Shown here: positions 59,618 to 64,000 of the stretch, piece after piece
How the letters are laid out: every line of letters begins with the position of its first letter
Numbering within the stretch: the first letter of the stretch is position 1
NCBI RefSeq assembly: GCF_964355755.1
Contig: NC_092670.1
Span: 3,338,201-3,402,200, forward strand
Direction: 5' to 3'
From: Antedon mediterranea
Taxonomy: Eukaryota; Animalia; Echinodermata
Length of the DNA: 64,000 nt
Made by a program: the position numbers and the translations under genes
Notes under the pieces: model-generated
Databases searched by the model: none
Told to the model about the DNA's origin: nothing
The model's input: only the letters and a program-made list of their open reading frames with translations

Positions 59618-60946
59618 CAGGGGCGCAGCCAGTGGGGGGGTCACGGGGGTCCTGACCCCCCCTTTTTTTTAGAAAAAATAAATAAAAACATGAGACAACA
59701 ATACAGATCAAATCATCCTGGAGATACTGTGGAAGATTACTACCGCCGAGCAGTATTACCAAATCAACTTCTTGATCATTATAAAACCGAGTTAAAAACC
59801 CGTTTTTCTGCCGATAACAGGCCATGCTTTAAAATATTTGGCGTAGCACCCGAGACGTCTAAGTGTAATGTTGAAGAAGTCTTCAAGGAACTTGAATTTG
59901 GTACGATGATCTGCCAAGACACGAACATCTTCATTCCGAGCTTCAGTGATGGAAGCGACTGTGTAAAATTAGCGGATCCAGATGTGTTCTCGAATGTGCG
60001 TGCACTTCTTCTAATCGCGTAGGCCTATGCCCGTAACGTCTGCTGAAGCTGCTGAGCGGAGTTTTTCGACTTTGTGGAGAACGAAAACCTGTTTGCGAAA
60101 TCACATGTCTTATGAGCAGCTTTCGGGATTGTGCCTCATGAACATACACTTGAACATGAACATTAATACAGAGAATGTCATTCGCGAATTCTGTCTCCAA
60201 GCCAAGAAGAATGTTCCAAACTTATGTTTAAAGATGCATCACGCGATGTCTAGAGCGCCGTTATAGTAACTAACGTAAAATGTATGATAATAATTTAGAA
60301 GTTAGTTATTACAATTATGTATAAGTTATCACCTATACTATACATTCGAACAAAATAGGTATATTTTTAAACAAAATATTGTATGTACTGGGTATGATAA
60401 GCGTCTCACATACACACGGAGCCAAGATAGCTTCTTGGACTTGCACAGTGTATGAACTCTAACCTTACGGTTCTCATTTAATAATATCACTCCATGCTAT
60501 CATTCTAATTTCTTTTTTCAAACTTTTGCAACTCTACGTTCATTTCATGCAACTTTTGTATTGGTGAAAAGGGAGGAATTCAAATAATTCCTCCTCTGAG
60601 TTTACAGCCTCTCTACACCAAAATCAACAAACAAGCAAGAAAAAAAGTGTTTGTCTGTGGCAGCCTGGAATATAAAAATGTTCTGTAATGAAAATGAGAG
60701 TTGTTTTTTGTTTTCTTTGTTTCAGTTTATTAGTGTTAACATTGTCATATTTGTGTGTGCGTAAACTGATTCAAATGATCTAGATTGCGCTAGACCGCCA
60801 AAGCTTCCAGGGGGCTTCGCCCCCTGGACCCCAACCGGGGCCCTTGGCGGCCCCCTGTCCCCCAGCCCATGGTTGCTCGCTTCGCTCGCAAAATACTCAC
60901 ATATTTGGTTGACCCCCCCTTTAATTCTTTGCTGGCTGCGCCCCTG
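59618..60946 (+). mobile_element. Internally deleted hAT transposon with transposase C-terminal (dimerization) remnants; 5-bp flanking repeat
   Basis: TIRs CAGGGGCGCAGCCAG...CTGGCTGCGCCCCTG with GTTAT on both flanks; RQQYRSNH..EDYYRR..LDH..ELKTRFS and PVTSAEAAERSFSTL..KT.LRNHMS.E.LSGLCLMNIH. Confidence 0.8.
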
Positions 60947-61295
60947 GTTATTGTTATAATACAACATGACCTGGAAGGATAACCACTGTTTTGTAGAATC
61001 TTGCTCAATGTAGATATCCAAATCTATAAAAATAAAATTAAATCGATATTATTATTAATTTAAAAGAGAACAAATGAAGACAGTCTATACAATAATCCTC
61101 ACTGTCAAGTGACTAGCATTTAATCTAATTAGTTCTTCAATGCACATGCATTATTGTTTCAAAACCACCAGTTGTATACAAATCTATATTTCGATAGCAA
61201 ATTAGCAACAAGCAATCAATAGAGAGAAATGGCGAACCGCGATGACGTCACTCAAATTTCACCGAGTGGGTCTCTCTCTCTTTCGAAGTGCCATA

Positions 61296-61452
61296 TCATG
61301 AGACTTTGGCGATCATGTTGTGCCACAATTCTCTGTCTATTGCCATATTCAGCAACTCCACTTCTTTGGTATTCTCGCCTCTATTCCGAATCCATTCAGC
61401 TATGCTGGCCAACCAGGTGACTCTCTTCCTCCCCCTGCTCCTTCTTCCGAGT
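61296..61452 (-). mobile_element. RTE-clade LINE 3' fragment
   Basis: GRRSRGRKRVTWLASIAEW...ELLNMAIDRELWHNMIAKV, the typical RTE ORF C-terminus. Confidence 0.75.
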
Positions 61453-61989
61453 GGGTATAGATTGTAAACAAACCATTCGCCACATGTTTTTGTATGGGAA
61501 ATTCCGATGGGTTGAGTTAAAAAAGTAGGTAGAAAAGAACGTTTAAAACACACATAATAGCAGTATCTTTTTTTTTTGCAACCCCTTAACAATTTTAATG
61601 TTATATGGGCAAATCTTAACATATTTTATTTTAATTTGGATTGAATTAAGACGCGTTTTTGTTATATACAGTACCCAGCTCTAGGCCCTACTAGATAGTT
61701 GGCCTGCTGTATATGCTGTAGGCCTAGTACCTCGAGTACTCGAGCCTAGCACGGATCAGGAATTATCGGTTATTATAATAATAATAATAATAATAATCAT
61801 AATAATAATAATAATATTGGAAATTCGTTATTGCATACTACTACTACTTTAGCTAGGGTGCTGCTAAGCCCCTCCTAGCTAGGTAGTAAGACTAAATAGA
61901 GCATCTCTAGTAGATGTAGGCCTAGCCTAGCCTAGCATTAGTTTCAGCTTGACAACTGCCATTTTGTTATGTGGCTAGTGATGCTTCCG

Positions 61990-62803
61990 GGATATGACCG
62001 GTTGGGCCGCCGACAAGTTGAGCCGCCGGTAATTTCTATGAAACGCCCAGTGCGTCTTTTACGACATTTCGCGTAGTGATAGAGTGGTGTCCTAGTACAT
62101 AAGTTCATGGTCTTTAGGTTTATTGTGTCATGAAAATAAATAATAATTACATACTACAATTTTGTTGTAGTTGTACACAGCAAAGGAAAGTAGTCATATT
62201 TAATAATTTAATTGTTTTTAATCTTTCAAGGTAAAAATGCACTCCATAATATTTTTCTCGTGTGTATGCCTACCACGTAAAATCACGTTGTTTCTCATGA
62301 CTAATAGAGTATTGATATTCTTCGAATGAGGTTAAATAGTTATTATTTTTTATTTACTATCTTTTAATATCATATTTTATTGAATTTTACAATGTTAATA
62401 CACAAAATATTTTACTAAAAAACGGTGATTTTATGCAATTATTTTACCGAAAAATGGAGTTGGCCTTGTTCATACAACTGCCGCCGTCTGAGGGGGCAAC
62501 ATGTTTACGTCATTTTTGGCTAAAAACGATCATTTTCGGTCATGTTTTAGGCCTTATATTTTGGAATCTACCAAGTCAGATATTCATAATTATTTCTCTT
62601 TAATTATAATATTTAATAATATATACTAAAAACCGTGATATATAAACTTTGGAATATACATCGTTATATCTAATAAGTAATATAAATAGAACTTCTATTA
62701 AATAGAAACGAGCACCGGCGAAAGTAAGCATTTGGCGTTTCATAGAAAATAACGTTTTTCTGGCGGCGGCTCAACTTGTCGGCGGCTCAACTTGGCCTAA
62801 TCC
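61990..62803. mobile_element. Mutator-like MITE
   Basis: GGAT..GCCGCCGACAAGTTGAGCCGCC inverted at both ends; GG...CC termini; TSD ATGCTTCC(G/T), 9 bp. Confidence 0.85.
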
Positions 62804-63422
62804 ATGCTTCCTTCCTGCAGGGGGCTATCGCCAGTAATGAATACTTGATAATACTATAGGCCTAGTCTAATGTAGACCTACAGATATGAGATATTTTTAG
62901 GAATATGATTGTGAATGATGGATGACTTTTATACATAACAAGAATTATGAGCGTTACAGCAACAACATTGGTTAGACGACGCCATGATTCACGTGTATAA
63001 ACATAGGAAATGTGCCGCCCTCAACGGTTTGTTATGATTTTATACCCACTCGGATTTTAGACGCCGGTTCGCCATTTCTCTCTATTGGTGGTATGTCACA
63101 CTCAAATCAGTCCTTTGTCCAGGCCTGTCATTATAATTGGTTCAGAAAAAAAATGATCATAATGTATATCTTAATCAAAAAAGGACCAAATACAGTAGGC
63201 ATTATAGAAAAATACAGGATTATATTGTTATTTTAGTACTATAAATTCAGTCTTTTTTATCCTCTTAATTTTAGCTGTAATAATAGTTTTGTGTAAATTT
63301 TGTTTTTGAGGTTACAATCATCTCCGTAAGGATGAAACGACAATTAAATTGTATTATTGTAAACAACTCTAAAGTAGGTATACATTATTAATGTATACAG
63401 TATTACAATTAGGTTATGTATT

Positions 63423-63717
63423 TCATTCTGGAACTAGGCAGCCTTCATCCAGCTTCGCCTTCTTTGTAGTACCACCAGCATGGTCTGTTGCACTCAGTTG
63501 GACAAACAAACTGTTTCTGAAAATTGTATGATGGTGTGGCAAACCATTTGCAATGTAGGCCTACCATAATTTGTTATTGTGACATCCACAAATTTTACAT
63601 GGACCACCTTTCCGCAAAGGGTGTGTTGCAATACAATTACTTATTTTAGGCATTACTTACCTTTTTAATTTAGCATTTTCAGTTGGTAATTTTGAATACA
63701 GATCTTCTTGCCACTCA
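63423..63717 (-). CDS. Probable last two coding exons (63661-63717 and 63423-63516) of an unidentified gene entering from the right edge
   Basis: ccttccag|57 nt|gtaagt and ttttcag|94 nt to TGA; phases match; peptide EWQEDLYSKLPTENAKLKRNSLFVQLSATDHAGGTTKKAKLDEGCLVPE*. Confidence 0.6.
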
Positions 63718-63777
63718 CTGGAAGGAATAGAATATTTATAGAGATAATACTAAAAGAATAGAATAACAGAATAATTG

Positions 63778-64000
63778 GGTGTGTCGAAAGCGAAGACCTC
63801 GAAAGCGAAGAACGAAGACCGAAGACCTCGATTGCGAAGACCCTACGAAATGGTAGTGTGCACAAAATCTGACCAAAATCATACAAAATCGTGATAACAC
63901 CTTGAATTTACAGATTCTAAAAAAAGATTTCGATTTTAATCGTTATGTTATCAAAAAACATGACTTTATCTATGAACAAGCTCACGCGTTTTCGCCAATT
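63778..64000. mobile_element. Left end of a probable DNA transposon with subterminal CGAAGAC repeats
   Basis: GGGTGTGTCGAAAGCGAAGACCTCGAAAGCGAAGAACGAAGACCGAAGACC; partner end not in the window. Confidence 0.45.

Overview
AT-rich, intron-rich, transposon-dense animal genomic DNA. It is probably from a marine invertebrate; the abundant TAGGCCTA low-complexity tracts and the TE repertoire suggest an echinoderm-like genome (inference only). The main host gene is invisible to the ORF track as a whole and was assembled by hand on the minus strand from GT-AG exons whose phases all match (29315->3654, about 1070 aa). It encodes a kinase-less, LRR-less ROCO protein: N-terminal tandem death-effector-like domains (DEDs), a Roc GTPase (GQEGVGKT / TDGI / WDHGGQ / VGTHKG / FAIEN), COR, an array of duplicated 45-nt phase-1 micro-exons, and C-terminal tandem DEDs. 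A further micro-exon copy and a possible decayed third DED exon lie downstream. The rest of the window is nested transposons: a decayed Ty3/Gypsy element (RT motif IADD, Leu-type PBS), RTEX-like and CR1/L2-like LINEs, and Harbinger, Kolobok, Academ, MULE, hAT and P-like non-autonomous DNA transposons. There are also 5S- and tRNA-derived SINEs, a tRNA-Lys pseudogene, a ~225-bp satellite, several 18-41 bp TIR-only palindromes with TSDs that resemble P-element excision footprints, and two probable terminal exons of another minus-strand gene at the right edge. All domain and family assignments come from motifs read by eye; no database search was run.
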